Below, piece by piece: positions 22,905 through 35,540 of a stretch of DNA of 64,000 nucleotides. How positions within the stretch are numbered: the first letter of the stretch is position 1; every line of letters starts with the position of its first letter. The notes below the pieces were generated by a model that was not told where the DNA came from, did not search any database, and worked only from the letters and a program-made list of their open reading frames with translations. Origin of the DNA: Leidyana gryllorum EB-2025a (lineage: Eukaryota > Protista > Apicomplexa); NCBI GenBank assembly GCA_048772705.1, contig JBLWGC010000104.1, positions 124,001-188,000 on the forward strand. The letters run 5' to 3'. The translations under genes and the position numbers were made by a program.

Positions 22905-25900
22905 ATGAATGATATTGACAGACGTCCACTCCTTCCCTACCCAACTGACCACAATAACCGACGCCCCTCTCTCCGACAGCAGCAAGATGCTGCTCAGCCT
23001 CTTCTACCGCTCGTGCGCCGGGATTCGCGACCCCCTCGACACTCTTCGCGCACTCTCTTCCAAACTAGTCCCCTGACCGACCGCCTGACAGTCTCGCATC
23101 TCCGTCGCTCTGATCTCGCCGGCTGGCGAACCCGATCACTCTTCCCCACTCGTGATGTTGAAGCCCCCAATCACCCCAGCGCACCTCTCCAATCCTTCCT
23201 ACCCGTCCTCAAATTGAGAGGGTGAGCAAACTTGTCCCTTTGTGAACCCAATTCGACCCCCAGCCTCCCGTACTTTTGCTCAAAACGACACGTCCTCGTG
23301 TGGTTCGGGGATCTCGCTCCTCATGTTGTCAACCTCTTCTTCGTCGCTGAAGTTGGTGAGACTCAGATTCCCACTCCGCGCGCGCCGAACTCCTTTCTCT
23401 CTTCCTGCAGAACCATTGAACACTGGGTTTGCCATTGTCACTCTTGACTCTCCCCAAAATGGTACGCTAATGACACACACACACACATTTTGAGATGACT
23501 CATTTGGCGGTCCGAGGCCACTCTCTGCGATCTTAATCAATCGATAGCCTTTATCGGTGGTGCCGTTTCCACGATCGGTCTTCGGCTTTGCATCGGACCC
23601 TCTCAGCACCTTTGTGTGGGCATCCGATCCGATCCGATCTGATCATAAGATCCTGGATTCACGGGTCTGACGGCGCTGAGCGAGTGATAAACACCACCCA
23701 TCCACCTATCTATAATGTCGTGTGGCCCTCCTCTGTTATCCCTCGGACCCGACTGTGTGTGTGTCCCTGCCCCATCTTTGACTCTTTGAACTGCGAGACT
23801 GCTTTTTGTTCGTAGCATTGCGGGCGTGGCGAACGTTGCACAAGAAGCCTATCGTCGGAAAGCGATTTGTAGAGGTGTTTGGGCTGTTCCCACCACAGTG
23901 TCCGCTCTCCAGACGCGATTCTGTCTCTGGGAAACAAGGATTGATCCCACTGCCGCCTGGAATCGAGCCCGTTGCTGCAGGAGCTAATGGGGGCGATGGT
24001 TCTGCGCCCCCCAGCACCTGTCCGTTCTGTGGCTTGGCTTTGGGCGTCCATAGCGATGAAGGTGCGGCTGCATTGGCCACGGCGAGAATGCGTGAATGTG
24101 TGGAGAAGGGTGCCTTGGCCGGTCAGCGAGCGGAGGCGCTGATGCACACAGCATTTCTCAGTGTTCCAGCGCTTCTGTATCAGGATGCGGGAGCCGTGTC
24201 GCTGGCGGAGGTAGAATTATTCGATCCTGACTCTCGAAGGGGAAGCGGCTTTATCGAAAAGTTCGCTGAGACCAGAGAAGTGTCTCTGGCTGAACTAGAG
24301 AAGGCTGCTGGATTGCCCTCATCCACCAATAACCCTGTATTATTCTTTGATCTCACTGGTATTCAAGGCTTCGACATGCGCAACTTGCTGTGCGAGATCG
24401 TCCGCCTCCTTCACGAGAAACAGTGCAAGTCTATAGCCGAAATCGGAAACGACCTCACCACACGGGGTCGTGCGTATCTTTTCCTCACTGAACTCAAGTG
24501 AGTCCAGAGATCGTCCCAACAATACCGCCGCCCCCGTACCAACGACACACTCTCCTTTAATCCACTCTCCAAGCCGCACACACTGTCACACCCGTAGTGT
24601 GCGCTCCTCCGACACACTCACCACCCACACATCCCTCAAGCCGACCACACATACTCGCCAAACAGACGCCGCACACTCAACTGACCCACCCACACACACA
24701 CGAACACACACACGCTATCTTCTTTCTCTCCCACACACTCGAACACACACATGCACACACACACTGTGTTGTGGCACATCCACTGTTGTGGCACACCCAC
24801 TGTTGTGGCACATTCACTTTGATGACACGCTTACTTGGGGCGATCTGTTGTATCTGTGTTTGATTGATTGCGATCAGGTTACGGAACGTGATAGAATCGT
24901 TCCCAGATATTTTCATGATTATAAAGCCGGGAGCTTCGGCGTCTAGTTTGTACACTGTGACTTTACGAGGTGACGCGAAACGTGAAGGTGTTAACGCAAT
25001 ACGACGATTGGAGCCTTTTCAATTGACCAAACGGCGGCGCAATCGCACTGGCGAAGGTTCTCATCAGCGAAGCAACACGAACCGCCGACTTCCGCCTTTG
25101 GAAAGGAATACTACACAGCAGTCCGACTGTCCTGGAGATCTGCCGGCTCCCATGGTGAGCTTGCAGCGCTCACAGACGGCGCATCGACGCGAGAGTGTGG
25201 CTGATCATCACCTCCCGCGGCTGCGGCCGTTGGTAATGGACAACCGGGCTGCGAGCTACGCATACAGCGGAGCCCCTCCAGCCAGTTCCTGGTTGAATTT
25301 GGACGAGGATGAGGGCTGTTTAGGCGCGTTCGCTACGTCGAACGAATATCTCCCAGGGAATGGAGGAAGCGCGTCAATGGATCTGCCGCCGCCTGGCCAG
25401 TGGAACATGTCTTCCTCGGGACGACCGCACGCCTCCCAGCCTCAGTCGCAGTCTCAAGTACTGCATCAACGTCTACCGTCTCTGAGTGGAATGGGAGTGC
25501 CGCCTTCAAGTGATGATTTTGGTGCGGCGCTGTCCGACCTCATCCGCACACTCAGTATGGAACAGGATGACGGCCCATCAGCAACGGCCAGTGCGTCCGC
25601 GGGGGCGGCATCGGGCGTTCCTGCGGCGTCTGCTCAGCAAGCCTCAACGCAGCAGCAGCACCAACAACAGCAGCAGGCGGCACCGATGGTGCATCACCAG
25701 TCTAATTCCTCGTCTTCGTGGAACGCATGGGCTGCTCACCAAAGTTATACCTCAGTTACGCGGCGACGGGATTCGCCCGATGAGTTGTTCAGTGTCGGTT
25801 GGCCCACCGGTTCGACGACGACTCTCGAGGCAGGTCAAAGCCAACCCACTGATCATGTCTTCAGCAACAGCACACCGGCTGCGTGTGACCGATCCGGCCC

Positions 25901-26369
25901 CGTCTGGCCACAGCCAACCGTGCAAGTACGGGAAGTGCCACCGATGTGGGCCGGAGGTCCCGTTGACCAGTCAGAGCAAGTTTTGTTGGAGTCATTAAAG
26001 GAGAAGCAAGATGAAATTCTCGCTATCCAACGAGCCTTGGCGGAACATCGAAATCAGATACCGCCCCCTCCCCTCATCGCCAACCCGTGGAGGGTGGGAT
26101 TGCACACCTGCAACAGCAATAAAATGACCACCACTACGAGTCCATCGGCTGGTCTCGATGATTCTTCTCCGCTGGGTGTATTTGCCGCTGAGAGTGACGG
26201 GGCCACTCTCTCGGACCCGGAAACGAACGGACAGAGAGATCTACTGGCGAATCTAGCGGAAATCCTCCAAACGTTGACCAACAACAATCCACCATCTCCT
26301 GGGGGCAGTGGCACTCAGCAAGGCAAGATTCCTCCTCTTAGAGTTTTAGAGGGAAGTATGAAGGAGTGA
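22905..26369 (+). CDS. RNA-binding protein: quasi-RRM + probable OST-HTH/LOTUS-like domain + disordered Q/S/P tail; introns 23222-23263, 23356-23410, 23462-23815, 24498-24877
   Basis: Spliced VLKLRGLPYFCSKRHVLVWF...TGFAIVTLDSPQNALRAWRTLHKKPIVGKRFVEVF is the hnRNP F/H-type qRRM signature; EIVRLL...SIAEIGNDL...KLRNVIESFPDIF resembles LOTUS. Confidence 0.75.
24762..24818 (+). repeat. Three tandem copies of a 17-bp unit CACTGTTGTGGCACAYY in a CA-rich intron
   Basis: Copies at 24762, 24781 and 24798 seen directly. Confidence 0.9.
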
Positions 26370-26454
26370 ATATTGTTTCATGTCTGGTGGATGGACTTAA
26401 TGACTGAATGATTGCTACTTTCACTCGGTCTGATGGATTTCAAAATAAAAACTA

Positions 26455-29400
26455 ATGGCCCCAGAAGAGGCTCCCCAAAAGGGCTCTTTGGCTCCTCCGA
26501 ACCACAATCCCAACCCAGGCTTTCAGCCGCAAACAACGGGGCCAAGGTACACTTACCAAGAGAGTTTAGGCGACGACGTACCCACCCCAGTAGTCGTGGA
26601 GGATTCACCAGATGATTTACTGGATGAAGATGACGAAGAGTGAGTGTCACTCGCGCTTCCTAATGATCCCGACCTCTCATACAGCCAGGATAATTTTGGT
26701 TGCGGTTGCCTGGTCTTCCTACGCAAGACTCTCAGCGCAATCTTTGGCCGGATCACATGTGCAGTCATGCTCATTGTTCTTCTGGGTGTAGCCCTGTACT
26801 GCTGTATAGCCGAAGCATTGGCTGAAGGACAACCTGCCTATATCACCATGGCCGTATTCTTAGCTACTGCTCTGGCTATACTCGATGGACTTCTGATCTT
26901 ACGCTTTTTCGTCAACAAGATCATTGTCGGTCTCTTTTTTCCTGAGTCTCGGGTTGCTTCGTTCATCGTCAACGCCGGCGATCCGGAATTTTGGTGAGTG
27001 ACTACATCTGGTGTCCATTATACTGGACCGCACACGCGTGCGATTTGCGCTCGAGACGTGCTATATTCCCAATGCAGGACCTTAGTGTGGTGCATTACAC
27101 TGTGGGGACTATGGCGGGCGTCAATAGTGCAGATCGATCGGCCTGGGAACGCCTGGGTGTTGTCATGGTTGCCTGATGATTGGTCATATCAGCAGCTTTC
27201 GGATTCACACGAAACTCTCGTCCGGTTCACCTTGGTATTTTTGCTGTTATGGGCTATCCGAGATACGTGTGTCAAGTTGATCATGCTGAAGCTCATGTTG
27301 GGTTTCCTAATGAATTTCAACGATGAAGTGGTCAAGTTCCTTCACAAATACGCGCTGCTGCGGCGTTTGAATGCCGCCTGGATCCGACTGGTCCCGTCGG
27401 CCGCATCTGAGTTGCGCGAGACTTCGACCACAACATTGGCTACTACAACTGGTGGAGGAGGTTCTATGCATCCTGCGCCGAACACTACCGGGAACTCTGC
27501 GGCAATTCAGGCCCAAATGAACATGGCACGAACCGCAGCATTGCTGCGTCGGGAAGGGAGCAAAATGCAGTTAATGGATGCCGTTCGTCTACGGGACGAT
27601 TCCAAGCAACGATTTCGTGAGGGCAAAGAGCTGTCTAAGATGAGTTTATTACGGAATTCATCGAAGTTGAAAGGGTCGATGGTTAGAGGTGGGACTGACG
27701 AGAGGGTTGGAGGCTAATTGTTAACGTCATTGTGTTGGTAGATGAAGACTCACCCCCGGATCGCGTCAGCATCCGGGTGGATGCTGCTCCGGAAGATGTT
27801 GTTCAGCCTCGCCGGGCTATGCCTGATTTTACACCGGCCCGTAAACGTCAGCGGGAACGCGAGTTTCATGTTGAAACCACTGGTAGATCACTTCCGCGTC
27901 TGTTGGAGAAGTCCAACATCTCCGCGATCACAAAGTCAAAGGTGTTGAATATGGTCAGCGTGTTGTGGATTCGCACAGCGCCGGTAGTGTTGTTCGTGGA
28001 CGGTCAGCGCACGGAGCTGACATCCAAACAAATAGCCCGCCAAGTCGGGAATTCGTTGTTCGAGAGTTTACTGAGCTTCCGTTTGTCGGTGGCAGCTTTT
28101 GAGGAGGAGTTGCAGGCTGAAGAAGAAGCAGCTCGAGAACCTTCAAATCTCGCTCGAATTCTTCAGCAGAACAACCGTAACATGCGGACATCTATAATGA
28201 CCTCTGAGGGTCGTGAGAGTCTGACGGGGCGTGTCGAATGGGCAGATATGCGCCAAAATTCCGCCGAGGAGTTGCGAGTAACCGAGGCGGCAGCGCAACT
28301 GGTCGAGATCGAACCGGCACCCATCATCCCCCCCCCTCCTGAAATTCAATTGAGACCTGAAGCAATGCATTCTGCTCCGCCGCCCCGGTCGGAGGAAAGC
28401 GACGAATTGATGACGCCTCGCGGCGCTGGCGTTGCTTCCGCTCGGGCTTTGCCGACACCCCAGAGCCAGGCGGAATCGAGCGATGGAAAGCACAAATGGT
28501 TCAGGAAGCGGCGTCAAAGCGCAACCCAAGCCTCACAAGGAGGAATCACACCAGAATCTCGCACGCCTTGGACTCCCCTCAGTGGGGTGGGAGGTTCTAG
28601 CCGCGATGTGACAGGCCTTGCCCGCGGAGGGGTTATCACCAACAGTAAGCCTCCTTCTATGCTTCGCTTTTCAGCTCAGCGACCAAGCAGGTCCCCTACG
28701 ACACGAGAACAAGGTGCTGAATGAGGCTCAATTAGCTGCGATCACTGCAGCCGAAATCAAGAAAGTCAAGCTACTGATGCCTGATGACAATGACTGTCTC
28801 ACACAGGACTTTTTTGAGCTCTTTATGCCTCCTGTGGATGCCAAGGACCTCATGGAACTCCTGGACCCTGGCAGTAAGTGCGCTTGCCACCTTCACTTCA
28901 TCCGGTCGTCTGCTTCTTACTCAGATCTTGGGAAGATCACCTCCAAAATGTTTTTACGCGGCGTTGTTAATCTATACAGACTCCGGAAACAAATGGTCAA
29001 TAGTCTCGAGGCTCAAGAGGAGATCGAGAACACCTTCCGACGCGTCTGTGTCTATATGATGTCATTCTTATTCTTACTTGTGTTCCTTATTCTTGTTGGC
29101 GTCGACGCCAACACTATCATTGTATCAGGTGCTGCCGTTTTAACTGCCGTCAGCCTTATACTCAGTAAGTTTCTTCTCGCCCACGTCGTTGCATCTCTTC
29201 CTCTATCTCAGGCTTTGTCTACACTGATTTTATCCAATCTATAATCTTGATCGTCTTCTTAAATCCGTATCGCATCGGTGACCGTGTCCGCATTGACGGA
29301 GAGGCTCAGTATGTCAAACGTATCACAACATACTTCACCGAATTCGAAAGTTTACACGGCCGTATTGTAAGCCACTTATCGCCCCACTGCTCCTCCGAAT

Positions 29401-30361
29401 CTTCCTTCACAGCAATATATTTCACACAAGGAGCTTTCCAATAAACTTTTGATCAACGAGTCGCGATGCAAGATTGCATCGACTGAATTGATCATCTTGT
29501 TCAGCGAGAAGACCACCCCGTCACAATATAATGTAAGTAAACACACGCAGAGTCACCCCTCAGCCAAGTCAAAAAGTGTGTGCTCGGAGACACGCCTTGA
29601 CTCGCTCCGCGCACAAAAGCCTTGGGGCTTCACTGGGTGACCGGCACGCATCTCTCCCTTCCCTTCCCTTCCTTACCCTCCCATCCTATGCTTTTGTGGT
29701 TCCACAAAGTCGCACACAGGCATTGAAGAAAGTGCTGGACGCTTATCTGAAATCACGACCATTGGAATGGATTGGTGATTCTTTGTTCATGTTCATCCAA
29801 GGCATCGGTCCCAGTCAGTTTATTGAAGTAGCCATTTGGGCGAGTCATACTGATGGTTGGGCTAACTGGATGGCTATCCGTACTCAAGAAAGCAATTTCT
29901 TCCACTTTATCATGCGACAAGCCAGTGTCCTTGGGATGTACTACAGGCTGCCTATTCAAAGATGGGAACCGTTTCTCCAGAGCTCATCAGCTCTGGTCCC
30001 ATCCAACTACGGGGGCATCAGCTCTCCACCACGATCCATGCCGGCTAAAGCGGGTCCTACTAGGGACCAGGTTCATCCGGTATTTGAATCTGCGCCGACT
30101 CACGGCCGCCCCTTCGGCAGCAAGGAGGATGATGATGACCATCAGAAAATGTTGTCATCTTCCCCAGCCTTTAATTCGCTCCCTAGGAAGCGCACGGGAT
30201 CCACCTCGCCTGAGGTCTCTCCACCCCCCGAGGATGAGCCGTACTGGAACGGAGATCTTTTGCGCATGGGTGAGGAGGATGAATGGAAGATAGAAAGACT
30301 TGAGGATTTGCGGGACCAATGGGCCGATTGTCCCACGCTACGTTACCGATGTGGTCGCTAG
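26455..30361 (+). CDS. MscS-like mechanosensitive channel, eukaryotic type with EF-hand-like motif (multi-exon)
   Basis: IVFLNPYRIGDRVRIDG..YVKRITTYFTEF...INESR MscS core; LLDPGNLGKITSKMF EF-like loop after splicing; several N-terminal TM helices. Confidence 0.85.
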
Positions 30362-30420
30362 ACACTGTGATAGAGCAGTCGCTATCACTCGCTCTGCTCC
30401 GCCGTGCTGACTCCTTCTAG

Positions 30421-32798
30421 CTAGACACACGCTTTGCCGAAAGGCAGATCAAGGAAGGCCACGGGCTTGATGCAGACGGCACTAACAGTGTTCAACTTGG
30501 ATAGCGGTTGCTTTGGTAGGAGCGTTGTCCGTCGCAGAAATACCTAACGAGAAAAAGGACTCTAATTCAACAGCACCCTTCGATATTTTACAACTCACTC
30601 CTGACTCTTCTCTTTCCTGCCTCTGAGCTTTTCGGGCTGCAGGCCCGTACACTTTCGCCAACAGGTCTCGTCTCTTACTCACCAGCCTCACGGTGGTGAG
30701 GTAGCGATCAGTGACATCGGGAGGAAGGTTGTCGAGGTTCTCCGAGCACTGTGGGTGAGAGTTTAGCAGAGCGCAGGGCGGACACTTACTTTAGTGAGCA
30801 GATCCGAAAGAATGAACTCGACACTCTCTGGGTCCGTGAAGAGCAATTTGCAGCACGCGACGAGCAGATCCTTGATGACAGCGACTCCAGCGTACGGATC
30901 GGATGGCTCCGAGGCACCATTGGGTCCGTTTGAGGGCGGTGGCGGCTGGGAGTTGGCGAGTCCTTGGGCTTCTTCAGAGACGGTCTTGAGGGCTTCGAAG
31001 GCCATTGCCGCCACTTCGCTCAACATCAGTGTAGAATATCCGGCGATCTCAGAGAATTCTCCGACGATCCAGACGAATGCGCTGAGAGCTGTTGCATCGA
31101 GTTGATTGAGATCTATGATGGATCCCATGAAAGGGATAATATTCTCGGCGAGATGTGAGTATTTGGCGAGGAGAGCAGCGAGCAGTGGGAGTGTGGCTGA
31201 GCAGACTTGAGGAATTTCCATCTTATAAATCTCCAGGAGCTCGTTGGCTATGTTTTGCGCTGCAGCGGGGATCTGCAGTCCGATGTTGCACAGGACTTGG
31301 AGTGCTGTGCGCATAACGTCATCTTCCATTCCGGTGGGAGGTGACAGGAGCGTCAGGAGGCTCTCTCTGATACCCTCCCAGTTCTCCGTGTTGACGATCA
31401 TATCAAAAATGTTCAGCTTGAGCAACTTATTGTACCCCTTCTCGGAGTGGTGGGGTTCGAGCAGCTGCCAGTCGTCGGCAAAGATGGCGGCGATTGAGGG
31501 TCCGAGTGAGATCAGATGACGGAGACTTGAGAGAACGACGAATCGGCCCTGTGAACTGGAGCTCGTCGCCAAAAGGGTGAGAAGGGGGGGACGGGCTCGA
31601 GTCACACAAGACTTGACCAAAGGCAATTCCGTCCAGTGTGTAACTTGTGCCGCCGAGGCCGAAGTGTTCATGGCACTCGCGGGGTTGTCAAACTCTGACT
31701 TGACGAACAGTAACATCACCTTCAGTGCGCTCTGCAGCAAAACCGATTGGGGGAGCGGGAAGAGGAGGGAGAAAAGACGACCGTCCCGGAGGCGGTCATT
31801 ATTATTTGAGTACTCACGAGGACAATTGAAGGACTGCCGACCAAAAGTTGAGACTCGAGGGCGTCCAGGAGAGAAAGCATTTCGTCTGTGGTCTTTGGTG
31901 TAAAGTCAGACAGCAGGTTGAGTATCAGTGTGCGTCCGAAGACGTCACACGATTCCATTCTGATAAGCCGATTGCTGGCAGAAGTCTGCGACTCACTTGT
32001 TGAAGAGGGACACAACTGTCTTGCGATCGGCAGTCAGGCCGCCCTCCAACTCATTCAGAACGAGAAGGGCGTTCACAAAGAGCTGCGGCTCAGAGGAGTA
32101 CAGATTCTTCCGCACTTCGCTGATCAACTCTTTCCGTAGTTCTTTGGCGTGAGGACACTCCGAAGCCCAGGGAGTCTCGAGTAGTTTCAGGACCCCAATG
32201 ATTGCCGACTTGCGGACGTAGGCGCTGGGATCGTTCAATCCGTCCCGGACAGCCTGTTCTGAGTACTCTGCGACGGTCTCGACCCCCAAAGATGTCAAAG
32301 CTTTCAGCGCGAGACCTCGAATCCGTGGATCGACATCGCGCAAATCCTTCTGGAGGGCATTGATCGCTAAGATGGAGAGGTCCGCATTGGATTCTGCAGT
32401 CGACAGAGAGAGAGAGTGCTTTTCGCTTCGGATGTCTCACTCACCGGCGTAGTTGCTGAGATACAGTGCCAAGAGCTTCTTCTGGACAGGGTCGGTGGTG
32501 GCGCTGGCGAGGACGACATCCGGGAAGAGAGAGGAGACGTCAATGCCGAGTGTCATATAGGTGATGAGACGCTTGAGAACATCGCGGCGACGAGCTCGGT
32601 GCTGCGGGACCGCTGGGTTGTCCGGTGGGAGACTCTTCAAGAGACCCCGGAGCTCATTGACTTCACCCCGTTTTTGGTTGACAAAGAACTGAGGAGGGGG
32701 GTCTGGACACCAAGACTTTCGGGAGAATGTGAGGTTGGCTTACCAGCCGCTCCTCCGGGTGGGAAGGTTGAGGGGCTCCCCTGTTGTTGAAGGTCCAT
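30421..32798 (-). CDS. AP4B1: AP-4 adaptor complex beta subunit (trunk; multi-exon)
   Basis: GEVNELR, LKRLITYMTLGIDVSSLF, SATTDPVQKKLLALYLSNYA, LAINALQKD..DVDPRIRGLALK, DPSAYVRK; the SAT.D.VQKK pattern favours beta-4. Confidence 0.8.
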
Positions 32799-32846
32799 CT
32801 CGATGGTGGGAGGGCGACGAAAAATGGATTTTATGGCTGTCTAAGT

Positions 32847-33736
32847 CTAAGAGACTAAGGTTTGAGGCCGCTTCTTCTGTAGCAGCATTCCTCTCTTGGG
32901 AGCTAACGAAGCCGCGGCAGTATTATCGGACACAGAAACTCCGCTTGACATCGGGGCAGCTGCGGTCGCCGAACTAGTTATCATGACAGTGGCAGTTTGA
33001 GTTTGCTGCATGCTGGTTGCAGTATCTGACGAGTCCTTGGCCAATCTCAGGAAAGCCGTCTCGGCCTGAGCCCGTTTCAGCTTCTCTTTGTCCAATTCGG
33101 CTGCCTTCCGTCGCCGCCGCTGATTCTCTTCCTGTTCCTTCACCGTTCGCATCATGTTAGCCACCTCTTCCTCCGCCGACTCCATTGCTAAGTACTCCTT
33201 CACCTGAGCAACTGAAACAAACTCTCTCTGGCCACCCGTGGCCACCAACTCGTCCATCGCATATAGAATCTTATACCCATTGCTTACAATTGCCTGCCAA
33301 AATAGAAATGTTAGGGGTGTGTGAGTGGGTGCGTGGGGGTGTGGGATGTGGGGGTGTGTGGGTGTGTGGGGGTGTGTGGCCAGGTGTGTGTGCCAACAAC
33401 ACGTCGAGGTCATAAACTGAGGCTCACCTCGGCATTAAGAGATCCGGCGACCAGATCCACGACGATTTGTTGGAAAGTGCGCAAGGTTTCCGAGTCGATG
33501 ATGATATTGGATTCCTTATCGGTGACCAGAACTAAATAGAGCTTCTCTATAGGTACGAAGAGATACTTGACAGAATCAGACTCCAAACATGTTGTCGCTC
33601 GGTTGGCCTTCTGCTTGTCGATGAGTGTGAGAAAATTGGTCAATATGGCATCCAAACGTAGTTTACTCAGGGGGACAAACTGGCGGGACACCAGTGTCTT
33701 GCTCTTCGACAGGATAGCAGCGCAGATGACCACCAT
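32847..33736 (-). CDS. ARCN1: Coatomer delta subunit, longin domain + helix only; one ~130-nt intron
   Basis: MVVICAAILSKSKTLVSRQF...ESDSVKYLFVPIEKLYLVLVTDKESNII...DELV..G.RE.V...VKEYLAMES.EE. Confidence 0.9.
33315..33392 (+). repeat. GT/G-rich low-complexity tract (CAC-rich in the transcript) in the delta-COP intron
   Basis: ggggtgtgt/gggtgtgtgg repeats seen directly. Confidence 0.8.
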
Positions 33737-33760
33737 GCCCACTCAAAATTTGAACTCAAA
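33737..33760. promoter_or_regulatory. Candidate bidirectional initiator (near-palindrome TCAAAATTTGA) between delta-COP and MPP alpha
   Basis: 24-bp ATG-to-ATG gap. Confidence 0.55.
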
Positions 33761-35537
33761 ATGACAGTTGTCCCACAGCCAACTCGGGGGCTTACATCAG
33801 GTTTGCCATCGTTGGTGCTCCCCTCGCATTTGAAACACATCAAGAGAGGTGCCAAGCCGATAACCTATGCCAAGACGCCCGCACCACTGCGATCCATATC
33901 TACATCCCCCACATCTGCGGCCCATTTCGCTGCCAACGTAGGGCGCGCTGGCAGTCCGCCGGGGTACTATAATTCTACTGCGAAGCTGCAAACGACAGTG
34001 TTGCCGTGCGGTGCGCGTGTTGTGTCATTTGATCGCAAGGGTCCCCTGACCTCTCTGGGTGTGTTCTTCGGGTTGGGCTGGCAACACGAGCGGAAGGATG
34101 AAGCCGGCAGTACCGCGACTCTCGAACGGATATTTCAGCGTAGCTTAGACGATTGGGCACATCGAGAGCGACTTTCTCTACAGGTGAGCACAGACAGAGT
34201 GCCATTTATTATATCGCCCCCTCCAACACACAGCTCGGTCCGGATAACAGCCGTTTCGTCGCGAGTTTCCTGCGAGAGCGCTTCTTTGCTGACTTTGCGC
34301 CTGAACTGCTCGGACGTCTGGCGGCATTCTTTGTGCCGAGCCCAAATGACGAAGTTGAAGAGTGGCGGCGTATGACGGAGACTACTTTTATCGAATCTGA
34401 TCCTTTGACTCTGTTTCAAGAACTGCTCCCCTTCGCTGCTCTGAGGGGACAATCCCACGGCCACTCGCTCCACTTCCATCAGGCCATCAACAAACCCGGT
34501 GGATCTACGCCCGAGATGTTCCCTATCTTCAATCCGACTCCCGAATCCGCATATGTATCGGCCTTTGTGACGCGGTGCCTTGGAGACCGAAACTCGGTGG
34601 GTGAAACTGAGATTTGCCTCCCATCGTGCGCACACAGCTCGTGTTCGTCGCGTCAGACTGCGACCATCAGGACGCTGTGGATTTCGCCAATGCCTTTGTC
34701 AGCTGTCTGGACGAAGTGGCCCCGTCCAGCACAAAGAAGCGGAGTATCGACGACAAGTCGGCGGTGGGCTCGATTCTCAAGAAGGGTTTCGCGACGTTCA
34801 CCAGTCCCCAAATCAAACCGGCTACGACTCAATTGGCATTGCTGATGGACACAACTCATCTGGACGGAGGGTTCCGGACGGAGAGCTTTAGCGATCGGAC
34901 AATGGGTCCGATGGCTCTGCAGACTCTGCTGGGCGGAGGCGATACATTCAGTACCGGCGGTCCGGGAAAGGGAATGTTCTCACGTTTGCACATGAACGGT
35001 AAGGGGGTTTCCTTGAAATCACATTGTTGGCTGCAGTACTTCCCATGTGGGGCGTGGAGACGTGTGTTGCGTCGGCTCTCAGAACTCGCACGGGTTCAGC
35101 CTTAGCGGTCATAGCGGACGTTGGCCACAATCACGTCGAGGAGTGTGTGGAGCGGATTGAAGAGGAATTGCTGCGCACCACCAAGATCACCAGCACTGAG
35201 GTCAAAATGATCAAAAATCAATTGAGTTTCAGTCTATGGTCTCAAATGGAACGACCCGAAGGTGTCATTGAAGATATTGGCACTCAGCTCATCAATCATC
35301 CGCATTGGGTGGCCCCGGCACTCAGTCCTGACGCTTTCCAGAGAGCTATCGATGCACTCTCCAAAGACTCAATCAAGCGGTACGTCAACAGTAGTCAGGG
35401 GTGTTTGTGTTGGATAATCAGCCCACCGCAGATTCGCCAACTCGGTGCTCCAGGCTCCTCGATCTTTGGTGATGATGGGGCCCTCTGAGGTACTCTCCAG
35501 AGTTCAGAACTGTGTTGCATTCAAGAGCACAACCTAA
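33761..35537 (+). CDS. Mitochondrial processing peptidase alpha subunit (M16 family; multi-exon)
   Basis: Gly-rich loop LQTLLGGGDTFSTGGPGKGMFSRL; TTVLPCGARVVS; KNQL...ME....IEDIGTQL; basic N-terminal extension with no acidic residues. Confidence 0.88.
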
Positions 35538-35540
35538 TTC

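Noticed and set aside
24762-24818. Short direct repeats as a CRISPR array
   Set aside because: Contiguous 17-bp units with no spacers, inside a eukaryotic intron, and no cas genes
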